DNA of 53,506 bases from a virus (Duplodnaviria; Caudoviricetes). The position numbers were made by a program, and so were the translations under genes. A model generated the notes under the pieces. The model saw nothing but the letters and a program-made list of their open reading frames with translations. It was not told the DNA's origin and did no database searches. The stretch spans positions 1-53,506 of the IMG/VR virus record IMGVR_UViG_3300027749_000141, one strand, 5' to 3'. Within the stretch, counting starts at the first letter, position 1, and every line of letters starts with the position of its first letter. Positions 7,377 to 15,249 of this stretch are shown in pieces.

Positions 7377-9106
7377 ATAGAGACTTAACTACTGCGCAGA
7401 AAGATTATGCAATTTTTTTGCCAGCAACATCAGGGTTTTACTCGACATTTATCGGTAAACAACGATATAGCAATTATGTCGATCCTGCCCGCATACCAAC
7501 TTCATTTAAAAGCGGTATGGCAAGTCTTAACTACTTAGAACCAGATAAGGGTGCATTTTACTACAACTGGTGTTTATACTCTGCAGGACACGCTAACTTA
7601 GACCTTAACAAGTATGACGAAAGCGAAGATATGTTCCGTAATAGAGATAGAAGTACTAGTTGGGTGCTAGGCGACTCAGGAGGGTTCCAGATTGGTAAAG
7701 GTGTATGGGAAGGCGAGTGGCGCGATCCGACTAGTGCAGTTGTGCAAACAAAAATGGCTGAGTGTATTGCAAAAGGAATAGAAACTGTTCCTGTACTTGA
7801 CAAAGACGGTAATCCCATTGTTAATAAAAAAGGTATTGCCAGGACTACTAAAATCGATCATGTTAAAGTCTATCAGGCACGTTTAGATGCTGCTCAAAAG
7901 AAAAGAGAGCAAGTGTTAACGTGGATGGATGCGTTAATGGATTATGGCATGGTACTTGATATTCCAGCGTGGGTTGAAAGAAGCCCTGCAGGAAGATTAG
8001 CAACAGGAATTACAAGCTACGACGAAGCAGTCGAAGCAACGATTTATAATAATGAATACTTTATGAAACATCGTAACGGAAACTGCAAGTTCTTAAACGT
8101 ACTACAAGGCGAAACACACGCACAAGCCGATGACTGGTACAGTAAGATGAAAGATTTTTGCGATCCTGCAAAATATCCAGACAATCATTTTAACGGATGG
8201 TCGATGGGTGGACAAAATATGTGTGATGTTCACCTTGTCCTTAAAAGACTAGTAGCATTACGCTTTGACGGTTTATTAGAAACAGGACTGCATGATTGGA
8301 TGCACTTTTTAGGCACGAGTAAATTAGAATGGGCATGCTTGTTAACTGACATCCAACGTGCTGTTAGAAAATATCATAATCCTAACTTTACTATTAGCTT
8401 CGACTGTGCAAGTCCGTTCTTAGCAACTGCTAACGGGCAAATATACATTCAGACAGAAACCGAAGATAGGAAAAAATGGGTCTATCGAATGGTACCAAGT
8501 GTTGACAATAAAAAGTATGCACTTGACACTAGGTTGTTTAAAGATGCTGTTATACAAGATGGAATTTTTAAGAATTTTGAATCAAGTCCGTTGATTGACC
8601 AAGTGCAAATCAAAGATGTCTGCATATATGCACCAGGTGATTTAAATAAAATTGGCAAAGAAGGTAAAACTTCTTGGGATAGTTTTAGTTATGCAATTCA
8701 AATGGGGCACAATGTGTGGAGCCATCTTAATGCAGTGCAAGAAGCAAATCGTCAGTACGACAATGGTAAATATCCTGCCATGATGGTTGCAAGCAAAGTC
8801 GAAGGAAAAAAGTTTCGGCAGTACAGTAGAAACTTCTTTAAAGATATAGTCGATGACATATTTGCAGCAGATACTCGAGATAAAGCAAACGCAATTATCG
8901 AACAGTATAACAGATATTGGATGGATATTCCAGGAACACGCGGTGCAATTGGTGCAAAGACTGTTAATTCGTCAACACAATTTGCCGTTTTCTTTGACGA
9001 AGAAGAGGATGATAGTGTACACTTAGAACACGGGGGCGAGCTTGAAGACAACATCGAACAAGCTGAAGCTATTTTAGATGAACTTGAACAGAGTGTAAAG
9101 GCATGA
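7373..9106 (+). CDS. dpdA: DpdA/TGT-family guanine transglycosylase (7-deazaguanine insertion into DNA)
   Basis: TGT-fold motifs GDSGGFQ, MVLDIP, FLNVLQG, GWSMGG, HFLG, ISFDCASP; clustered with folE, queE and a T-fold gene next to replication genes. Confidence 0.85.
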   Translation: MNRDLTTAQKDYAIFLPATSGFYSTFIGKQRYSNYVDPARIPTSFKSGMASLNYLEPDKGAFYYNWCLYSAGHANLDLNKYDESEDMFRNRDRSTSWVLGDSGGFQIGKGVWEGEWRDPTSAVVQTKMAECIAKGIETVPVLDKDGNPIVNKKGIARTTKIDHVKVYQARLDAAQKKREQVLTWMDALMDYGMVLDIPAWVERSPAGRLATGITSYDEAVEATIYNNEYFMKHRNGNCKFLNVLQGETHAQADDWYSKMKDFCDPAKYPDNHFNGWSMGGQNMCDVHLVLKRLVALRFDGLLETGLHDWMHFLGTSKLEWACLLTDIQRAVRKYHNPNFTISFDCASPFLATANGQIYIQTETEDRKKWVYRMVPSVDNKKYALDTRLFKDAVIQDGIFKNFESSPLIDQVQIKDVCIYAPGDLNKIGKEGKTSWDSFSYAIQMGHNVWSHLNAVQEANRQYDNGKYPAMMVASKVEGKKFRQYSRNFFKDIVDDIFAADTRDKANAIIEQYNRYWMDIPGTRGAIGAKTVNSSTQFAVFFDEEEDDSVHLEHGGELEDNIEQAEAILDELEQSVKA

Positions 9107-9624
9107 ATAGAGACTATACTGGTGTAACAACAGACGATGCTACTTTTTTTATAGGTAAAGAAATAGAACATACACCCGCATACGGAAAGAAAACGTTGTT
9201 TATAGTAGGCAGACATTCGGTAGGAGACATTGAACATCACATCGACAGCACCATTGAACATTTGTTCTTTGGTGCGAACCATAGCTTTAATCCAGAACGA
9301 CAAGATTATGCAGCATGGGCCGAATGGGAAGACATGATTACATATTTTCTCAACCTTGGCTATCTGTGTAGTTTAGATATTCCACTAAGTGCAACTGAAG
9401 AATTTCACGACGGCAGCTTTAACGAGTATAACAACTTTATACCGCAAATCCGAGTTCCGATTCCTTATATTAGATTTTGGAACTACAACACCATGATTAA
9501 AATCGACGATATCGGTTTTAACTCGACTAATCCGGGTGTATGGACTCACAGTTTGCACGATTTACAAGATCGTGCAAAATTTACTAACTGGGCTGAATAT
9601 AAAAAAGACGAGATCTTAAAATGA
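9103..9624 (+). CDS. Hypothetical protein translationally coupled to dpdA
   Basis: 173 aa, ATGA overlap with the dpdA stop; enzyme-like motifs (GKEIEHTP, HLFFGANHSF, KIDD, NPGVW). Confidence 0.7.
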   Translation: MNRDYTGVTTDDATFFIGKEIEHTPAYGKKTLFIVGRHSVGDIEHHIDSTIEHLFFGANHSFNPERQDYAAWAEWEDMITYFLNLGYLCSLDIPLSATEEFHDGSFNEYNNFIPQIRVPIPYIRFWNYNTMIKIDDIGFNSTNPGVWTHSLHDLQDRAKFTNWAEYKKDEILK

Positions 9625-10049
9625 CAAGAAAAAGAAGTATCTATGCACCCTATGCGCCTACGTGTGTACTACCTGGTTGTGATAACAGAGTTAGTTATCA
9701 TGACATTGTTACAAAAAGTGACGGTACTCCGGGAATCCACTGGAAAGCATGCTGTGAACTGCACCGCAATGAAAACAAAGACGAGTCCGACACATACAAA
9801 CTTTCAAGAGGTTGTGAAAATAAAGACGGTAGGTTAGGTTTAGGTTTTTCATGTGAAAGTACAGCTATTACAGAATCAAGTAAATTAGATTACGATCACT
9901 GGAACGGTAATAGATTTGATCAATCAGAGGATAATATTGTTGTATTATGCAAAGACTGTCATTCAAAAAAATCAGTAATATGCAAAGACAACTTGAACAG
10001 GTATTCCTATGTTAATCCTAATTTTAATGACTTTTTTGAGTTAGTATAA
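9621..10049 (+). CDS. Zinc-binding HNH endonuclease-like protein
   Basis: LDYDHWNGNRFDQSEDNIVVLCKDCHSKK HNH signature; N-terminal CxxxxC...CCxxH putative zinc site. Confidence 0.75.
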   Translation: MTRKRSIYAPYAPTCVLPGCDNRVSYHDIVTKSDGTPGIHWKACCELHRNENKDESDTYKLSRGCENKDGRLGLGFSCESTAITESSKLDYDHWNGNRFDQSEDNIVVLCKDCHSKKSVICKDNLNRYSYVNPNFNDFFELV

Positions 10050-10402
10050 TGACAAATAAAATGATATTTGTCACTTTTAAGAAAGAAGGAATACATCATT
10101 ACCCTGATGCGTTATCTAACCCAGCGTTAGCAGATGTGTCATTTTTAGGTCTTCCGCACCGACACATGTTTCACTTCAAAGTTTGGATTAGTGTAGTACA
10201 CAATGATCGAGATATTGAATTTATATTGTTTAAAAGATGGTTGACTTCATTATACAATGATGCTATACTTGAACTTAACAACAAAAGTTGTGAGATGATC
10301 AGCGACGATTTACATGATGTTATATATCAAAAATACCCAGATCGCAAGATTTGGATTGAAGTCTCCGAGGACGGAGAAAATGGTTCTTTCATTCAATACT
10401 AA
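10049..10402 (+). CDS. dpdL: QueD-like T-fold protein of the DpdL type (proposed CDG decarboxylase)
   Basis: LGLPHRHMF fits LxxxHRHxF (recalled DpdL signature) in place of QueD CxxxHGH; T-fold features SCEMI and IEVSEDGENG. Confidence 0.65.
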   Translation: MTNKMIFVTFKKEGIHHYPDALSNPALADVSFLGLPHRHMFHFKVWISVVHNDRDIEFILFKRWLTSLYNDAILELNNKSCEMISDDLHDVIYQKYPDRKIWIEVSEDGENGSFIQY

Positions 10403-10416
10403 AAGGAAAACACAAA

Positions 10417-10653
10417 ATGGCTAAAAACTACAAAACATTTTCATACTTAGAATCACGCCCAGATGTTGTTAAGATTTTTGAAGATCTTGAAGCATTTCAT
10501 GATTTTTGTAGAATTGAGTTACGTAAGTTTGATCCAGCAGATTTGTATCGCAAGGATACAAAATCATACGGGGCATACTTAGCAAGCAAACGCCCACGTA
10601 AACCGTACCAAGGTAGCAAACCTTGGAACAAAAACAAGTTTAACAAATCGTAA
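10417..10653 (+). CDS. Small basic hypothetical protein
   Basis: 78 aa, AAGGA SD, K/R-rich C-terminus. Confidence 0.65.
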   Translation: MAKNYKTFSYLESRPDVVKIFEDLEAFHDFCRIELRKFDPADLYRKDTKSYGAYLASKRPRKPYQGSKPWNKNKFNKS

Positions 10654-10657
10654 GACA

Positions 10658-11740
10658 ATGAGTAGAATCTTTCTTGTTGATTTAGAAGCAGTTGAGACAA
10701 GATACACAGGTGAGTGGAAAGACCACTTGCCTGCGGTTCTCACTAACCAAGGACATCATGTTACTATTATTTCTGGACCTAATGACATCCCTAGTGCAAC
10801 TACTCCAGGTGCCTTTCTTAATTTTGGTGGGACTAACATTTATAAGGCCAACCAAGTTGAACAAATCGGCCGATTATTTTGCAATGGTGACATCCAGCCA
10901 AATGATCATTTTATTTTTACTGATGCATGGCACCCCGGTATCATTAACTTAAAATACATGAGTGAGTTACTGGGTATTCCAGTAACTATACATGGCTTAT
11001 GGCATGCTGGCAGTTATGATCCACAAGATTTTTTAGGACGACTTTGTGGCCATCAGCCCTGGGTTGATAGTGCCGAACGCAGTTTCTTTTATGCGTTTGA
11101 TTATAACTACTTTGCTACAGATTTTCATATTGACATGTTCGCAGAGAATCTGCTTAGACTACAACCAGCTACTGTAAGAGCATGTTATATGAATGAAGAA
11201 AATCAAAAGTTTGTACGCACAGGTTGGCCTATGGAATATATGGCTACTGTGTTAGACCCATATAAAGGCACAGAGAAACGTGATCTTATATTATTTCCAC
11301 ATAGAATTGCACCCGAAAAACAAGTTGAAATTTTTAAAGACTTGCAATCACGGTTACCGCAATATGATTTTGTAATTTGTCAGGAACAACAGCTAACCAA
11401 AAGTGAATATCACAAATTACTAAGCGAAGCAAAAATTGTGTTTAGTGCAAACTTACAAGAAACATTAGGTATTAGTTGTTACGAAGGTGCATTACTTAAT
11501 GCAATACCAATGGTTCCTGATAGATTAAGTTATGTTGAAATGTACAATCTACATTTTAGATACCCGTCAGAATGGACTGAAAGTTTCGAATCATATCAAA
11601 CACACAGCGTTAAATTGTGCAATACTATTATTAACTATATAGAAACATATGACGAATTAGTTCCTGCTATAGAACATCAGGCACACTTCTTAACACAGCA
11701 GTTCTTTTCAGCAAATAAATTATATGACAACATCAAATGA
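10658..11740 (+). CDS. GT-B (GT4-like) glycosyltransferase resembling GTDC1/QTMAN (DUF3524) proteins
   Basis: LILFPHRIAPEKQ and FSANLQETLGISCYEGALLNAIPMVPDRLSYVEMY; E-x7-E donor-binding motif. Confidence 0.8.
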   Translation: MSRIFLVDLEAVETRYTGEWKDHLPAVLTNQGHHVTIISGPNDIPSATTPGAFLNFGGTNIYKANQVEQIGRLFCNGDIQPNDHFIFTDAWHPGIINLKYMSELLGIPVTIHGLWHAGSYDPQDFLGRLCGHQPWVDSAERSFFYAFDYNYFATDFHIDMFAENLLRLQPATVRACYMNEENQKFVRTGWPMEYMATVLDPYKGTEKRDLILFPHRIAPEKQVEIFKDLQSRLPQYDFVICQEQQLTKSEYHKLLSEAKIVFSANLQETLGISCYEGALLNAIPMVPDRLSYVEMYNLHFRYPSEWTESFESYQTHSVKLCNTIINYIETYDELVPAIEHQAHFLTQQFFSANKLYDNIK

Positions 11741-12098
11741 TAATTCAATAACAATTACCGGAATAAGTGGAAATAGCATAACATCTACTCCGTATACTAT
11801 ATCAACTATGGCTTCAGATACAATTACATTTCCTTACACTAACTCTAACTCGGGTACATTTACTATTAACAGCGGATCTGGATATGGTACAATATCATCA
11901 TCTTCTTCTATGTATGATTCTATTCATAGCGACTGGTCGTTTGTTCCGTTTAGTAACTCTTGGCCAGAATATGTTGATTTTCAAAAAATGGCTAAAGAGT
12001 ACCCCGGACTTGAAATTGCCTACGAAAAGTTAAAAACTACATACAAACTATGCATCGATGACTGGGAAGAACAGAAAAGGAATAAAAATGGCAAATAA
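11724..12098 (+). CDS. Hypothetical protein with S/T-rich N-terminus
   Basis: 124 aa; low-complexity N-half and C-terminal KMAKEYPGLEIAYEKLKTTYKL helix. Confidence 0.6.
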   Translation: MTTSNDNSITITGISGNSITSTPYTISTMASDTITFPYTNSNSGTFTINSGSGYGTISSSSSMYDSIHSDWSFVPFSNSWPEYVDFQKMAKEYPGLEIAYEKLKTTYKLCIDDWEEQKRNKNGK

Positions 12099-12591
12099 AC
12101 TATATTACAGCTGGTCACAAATAGAAGGAGCATGTTTAGAAATTGTTAGACAGCTTGCTGCCGATAATTGGAAACCTGATTACATCGTTGGTATAACACG
12201 CGGTGGTGCAGTTCCTGCAGTGTTAATTAGCCAATACACCGGAATTCAAATGAAACCGTTAGAAGTTAGTCTACGAGACAATGGCGACTGTACAACTGAT
12301 TGCGGAATGGCCGAAGATGCGTTTAATCGAAAACAAATTCTCGTAGTTGATGATATTAATGACTCGGGCGCAACTATTGCTTGGATTAAAGATGACTGGA
12401 TGCAGTCTACGATGCCAGATCATGTATCCTGGGAAACAATTTTTGGCAGCAATGTTAGATTTGCTACAGTGTTTACAAAAGCATCTAGCAAAGAAACTGT
12501 TGAATATTCAGTAGAGGAAGTTGAAGACAGCACTTGGGTCGTGTTTCCTTGGGAAGACTTTTGGAGGAATGATGTCAGATTTAACAATTAG
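12088..12591 (+). CDS. Type I purine phosphoribosyltransferase (xanthine/guanine PRT-like)
   Basis: IVGITRGG, PRPP-binding motif ILVVDDINDSGAT, C-terminal WVVFPWE; start moved to ATG 12088 (AAGGA SD). Confidence 0.85.
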   Translation: MANKLYYSWSQIEGACLEIVRQLAADNWKPDYIVGITRGGAVPAVLISQYTGIQMKPLEVSLRDNGDCTTDCGMAEDAFNRKQILVVDDINDSGATIAWIKDDWMQSTMPDHVSWETIFGSNVRFATVFTKASSKETVEYSVEEVEDSTWVVFPWEDFWRNDVRFNN

Positions 12592-12742
12592 AGAACTAAA
12601 AGAAAAACTAAAAATGGTAACTCAGGATCTGCAAAATTTATCCGCAACCGGTGAAAGTATTCGCAAGATTGATGTGCTAACGCAGTACAAAGAATACATC
12701 GAAGATGAGATAAAATTTCTCTCTTCGGTTGACAAGACCTAA
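12572..12742 (+). CDS. Small coiled-coil hypothetical protein
   Basis: GGAGG SD at 12563-12567 before ATG 12572; heptad-like sequence. Confidence 0.5.
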   Translation: MSDLTIRELKEKLKMVTQDLQNLSATGESIRKIDVLTQYKEYIEDEIKFLSSVDKT

Positions 12743-12757
12743 ATAATGTTGTACAAT
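12729..12757 (+). promoter_or_regulatory. Sigma70-type promoter upstream of folE with embedded TAAATA motif
   Basis: TTGACA (12729-12734), 17 bp, TACAAT (12752-12757); ACCTAAATA at 12737-12745. Confidence 0.8.
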
Positions 12758-12780
12758 TAAAAACAATTTAAGGAATATTA

Positions 12781-13452
12781 ATGGCACACAATTCATCAAA
12801 AACAGATCCAGTATTAGGCAAATTAGTTCACGAGCATTTAGTTAAATTAGGTGTAGAAACGCCAGTAACAGAAAAACTGTTAACATCATCAGAAAAAGTT
12901 AATATCATTCAAGATAAGTTTTATGATATTATGGTAGCGTTAGGATTAGATTTATCCGACGACAGTCTAGCAGACACGCCTAAACGTGTTGCAAAAATGT
13001 TTGTCAACGAAATATTTTGGGGACTCGATTATGACGCATTTCCGAAATGTACTACTATTCAAAATAAAATGGGATACAATGAAATGTTGATTGAACGCAA
13101 CATTAACGTGCAAAGTAACTGCGAACATCACTTTGTAATAATCGACGGGCTAGCAACAGTTGGGTATATTCCAAAAGATGTTGTACTTGGTCTAAGCAAG
13201 ATTAATCGGGTAGTTGAATACTTTTCAAAACGTCCGCAAGTACAAGAAAGATTAACAGAACAAGTATTCCATGCATTAGAATATATTTTAGATACTGATA
13301 ATATTGCAGTAGTTATTGATGCAAAACATTATTGTGTTGCTGCAAGAGGTGTAGAAGATACTGGCAGCTCTACTGTTACCAGTAAACTAGGCGGTGCATT
13401 TAAAAACGATCCAACTACTCGTGCAGAATTTATGAGTATTGTTAACAAGTAA
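12781..13452 (+). CDS. folE: GTP cyclohydrolase I
   Basis: DTPKRVAKM, SNCEHHF, GLSKINRVV, RPQVQERLT, HYCVAARGV. Confidence 0.97.
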   Translation: MAHNSSKTDPVLGKLVHEHLVKLGVETPVTEKLLTSSEKVNIIQDKFYDIMVALGLDLSDDSLADTPKRVAKMFVNEIFWGLDYDAFPKCTTIQNKMGYNEMLIERNINVQSNCEHHFVIIDGLATVGYIPKDVVLGLSKINRVVEYFSKRPQVQERLTEQVFHALEYILDTDNIAVVIDAKHYCVAARGVEDTGSSTVTSKLGGAFKNDPTTRAEFMSIVNK

Positions 13453-13460
13453 GGAACTTT

Positions 13461-13901
13461 ATGAAACTAGAACCACAAATTCCAGCAGTAGGCATTACAC
13501 AAACGCACGACTGGGGCAAAAGTAAAATGTATGCGATTCGATGCGAATGCGGCAACACCGACGATGAAATTGAATTCATAGTAGAAGCCGACGAGTACAA
13601 TGTCACTGTTACTACATGGACGACTCAGAAAACTGTATATTGGGATAGACCAATCGATCTGCAAACTGCATATAAAATTAAAAATTCATTTCTAAGCAGT
13701 GCAACTTATGAAGTATTAAGTTTTCTAAACGGATTCCATCACCGACTTAAAATGTCTTGGAACTTGTGGTTCAATGGTTATCTTAAATATCAGCAATCGA
13801 CTATAATGTCTACACAACAAGCATTAAACTATGCAGAGGCACTGAAGTCTGCAGTTGAAGATTGCCAAGAATTTCGTAAACAGGATAAAGAATGTCAATA
13901 A
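13461..13901 (+). CDS. Hypothetical protein between folE and queE
   Basis: 146 aa, AAGGA SD, CECG motif; no QueD signature. Confidence 0.6.
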   Translation: MKLEPQIPAVGITQTHDWGKSKMYAIRCECGNTDDEIEFIVEADEYNVTVTTWTTQKTVYWDRPIDLQTAYKIKNSFLSSATYEVLSFLNGFHHRLKMSWNLWFNGYLKYQQSTIMSTQQALNYAEALKSAVEDCQEFRKQDKECQ

Positions 13902-14746
13902 AAGTATCAGAATTATTTTACTCAATACAAGGCGAAGGACGCTACATGGGCGTCCCGTCTGTGTTTTTGCGAACGTTCGGCTGTAATTTTAAATGCCAAG
14001 GCTTTGGTGTGCCTAAAGGCAGTTTAAGTGGCGAAGCAGATGTTATTGCCGAAAAACAAGTAAAATATAACAAGTGGAAATCCTATGAAGAATTACCACT
14101 TGTATCTACCGGTTGCGATAGCTATGCAAGCTGGCATCCAAAGTTTAAGGATTTATCACCTACTATCAGGATTACCGACTTAGCTGCTAAAATTTTAGAC
14201 TTACTGCCAACTAAAGATTGGCAAGGTGAACATCTTGTTATTACAGGTGGCGAGCCATTGTTAGGCTGGCAGCGTAACTATCCGGATTTATTATCGCACA
14301 CATTGATGAGTAAATTAAAAGAGATTACGTTTGAAACAAATGGCACGCAACCACTAACTCCGGATTTCAAAAGCTATTTACAGAATTGGGGCATGCGACA
14401 CGGAAAAGATTCAATTACTTTTTCTGTTAGTGCTAAATTGAGTTGTTCAGGTGAACCTGCACACCTTGCAATCAAACCTGAAGTGGTGTGTGAATACGAA
14501 GAAGTCGGTTATGCATATTTAAAATTTGTAATTTCAACAGAAGAAGATGCAGAAGAAGCAATCGAGACTGCCGACATATATCGTGCTGCGGGATTTACAG
14601 GGCCGGTGTATTTAATGCCAGTAGGCGGTGTAACCGATGTGTATAATCTAAACTGCAAACGTGTCGCAGATATTGCATTAAAAAATGGGCTAAGGTACAG
14701 TGATAGGTTACACTTGCCACTATTTGGAAATAGTTGGGGAACATGA
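13892..14746 (+). CDS. queE: 7-carboxy-7-deazaguanine synthase (radical SAM)
   Basis: ELFYSIQGEG, FLRTFGCNFKC...GCDS, VITGGEPLL, FETNGT, YLMP, SDRLH. Confidence 0.92.
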   Translation: MSIKVSELFYSIQGEGRYMGVPSVFLRTFGCNFKCQGFGVPKGSLSGEADVIAEKQVKYNKWKSYEELPLVSTGCDSYASWHPKFKDLSPTIRITDLAAKILDLLPTKDWQGEHLVITGGEPLLGWQRNYPDLLSHTLMSKLKEITFETNGTQPLTPDFKSYLQNWGMRHGKDSITFSVSAKLSCSGEPAHLAIKPEVVCEYEEVGYAYLKFVISTEEDAEEAIETADIYRAAGFTGPVYLMPVGGVTDVYNLNCKRVADIALKNGLRYSDRLHLPLFGNSWGT

Positions 14747-15249
14747 TGTTTGAAAAAATAATAAAAGCAGTATTTGGTACAGGAGAATTTACGGAAGACC
14801 AAAGAATTGCACAACTCGAGCAAGAACTTGCAGATGCTGATAATTTAATCGAACAGGCAAAACTCCTCGAAGAAAAACGAGCAAAAAAAGAAGCTAAAAC
14901 GTTAGCTGCTGTTGAAAGGCGTCGAGCTAAAAAAGAATTCACAGGTTTGACACCAAAGGAAATTGCAAATAAACGCAAGGAGCCATGGGTAGATGTACTT
15001 TCATTTAAAGTTAATCAGGATAATATTCGAAATGGTTTTTATGAACTTGATTGGAACGATTACTTTATTTTAGAACTTAAACGCGAAGGGTACGGCTACG
15101 ACGGCGATCCTGACGAAGAAATCGTCGATCGTTGGTTTAGAGACATTTGCTTAAATGCTGCTGCAGAAACAGGTGTTGATCTAACTAATAGATCAGCAGG
15201 ATACATTAACTTAACAAAATTAACCGGCGGCAACGCTGAGGTACAATGA
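14743..15249 (+). CDS. Hypothetical phage protein
   Basis: ORF overlapping the queE stop; coiled-coil N-half, EPWV...NGFYELDWN C-domain. Confidence 0.65.
   Translation: MMFEKIIKAVFGTGEFTEDQRIAQLEQELADADNLIEQAKLLEEKRAKKEAKTLAAVERRRAKKEFTGLTPKEIANKRKEPWVDVLSFKVNQDNIRNGFYELDWNDYFILELKREGYGYDGDPDEEIVDRWFRDICLNAAAETGVDLTNRSAGYINLTKLTGGNAEVQ

Noticed and set aside
7373-9106. Ordinary tRNA-guanine transglycosylase (tgt)
   Set aside because: Too long and divergent, no CxCxxC zinc site, and located in a phage replication operon; DNA-acting DpdA is more likely, though tRNA activity is not excluded.
10049-10402. Canonical QueD (CPH4 synthase)
   Set aside because: Lacks CxxxHGH and has LxxxHRHxF instead.
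13461-13901. QueD or QueC, expected from its position between folE and queE
   Set aside because: No T-fold HGH motif, no SGGxDS PP-loop and no QueC zinc motif.
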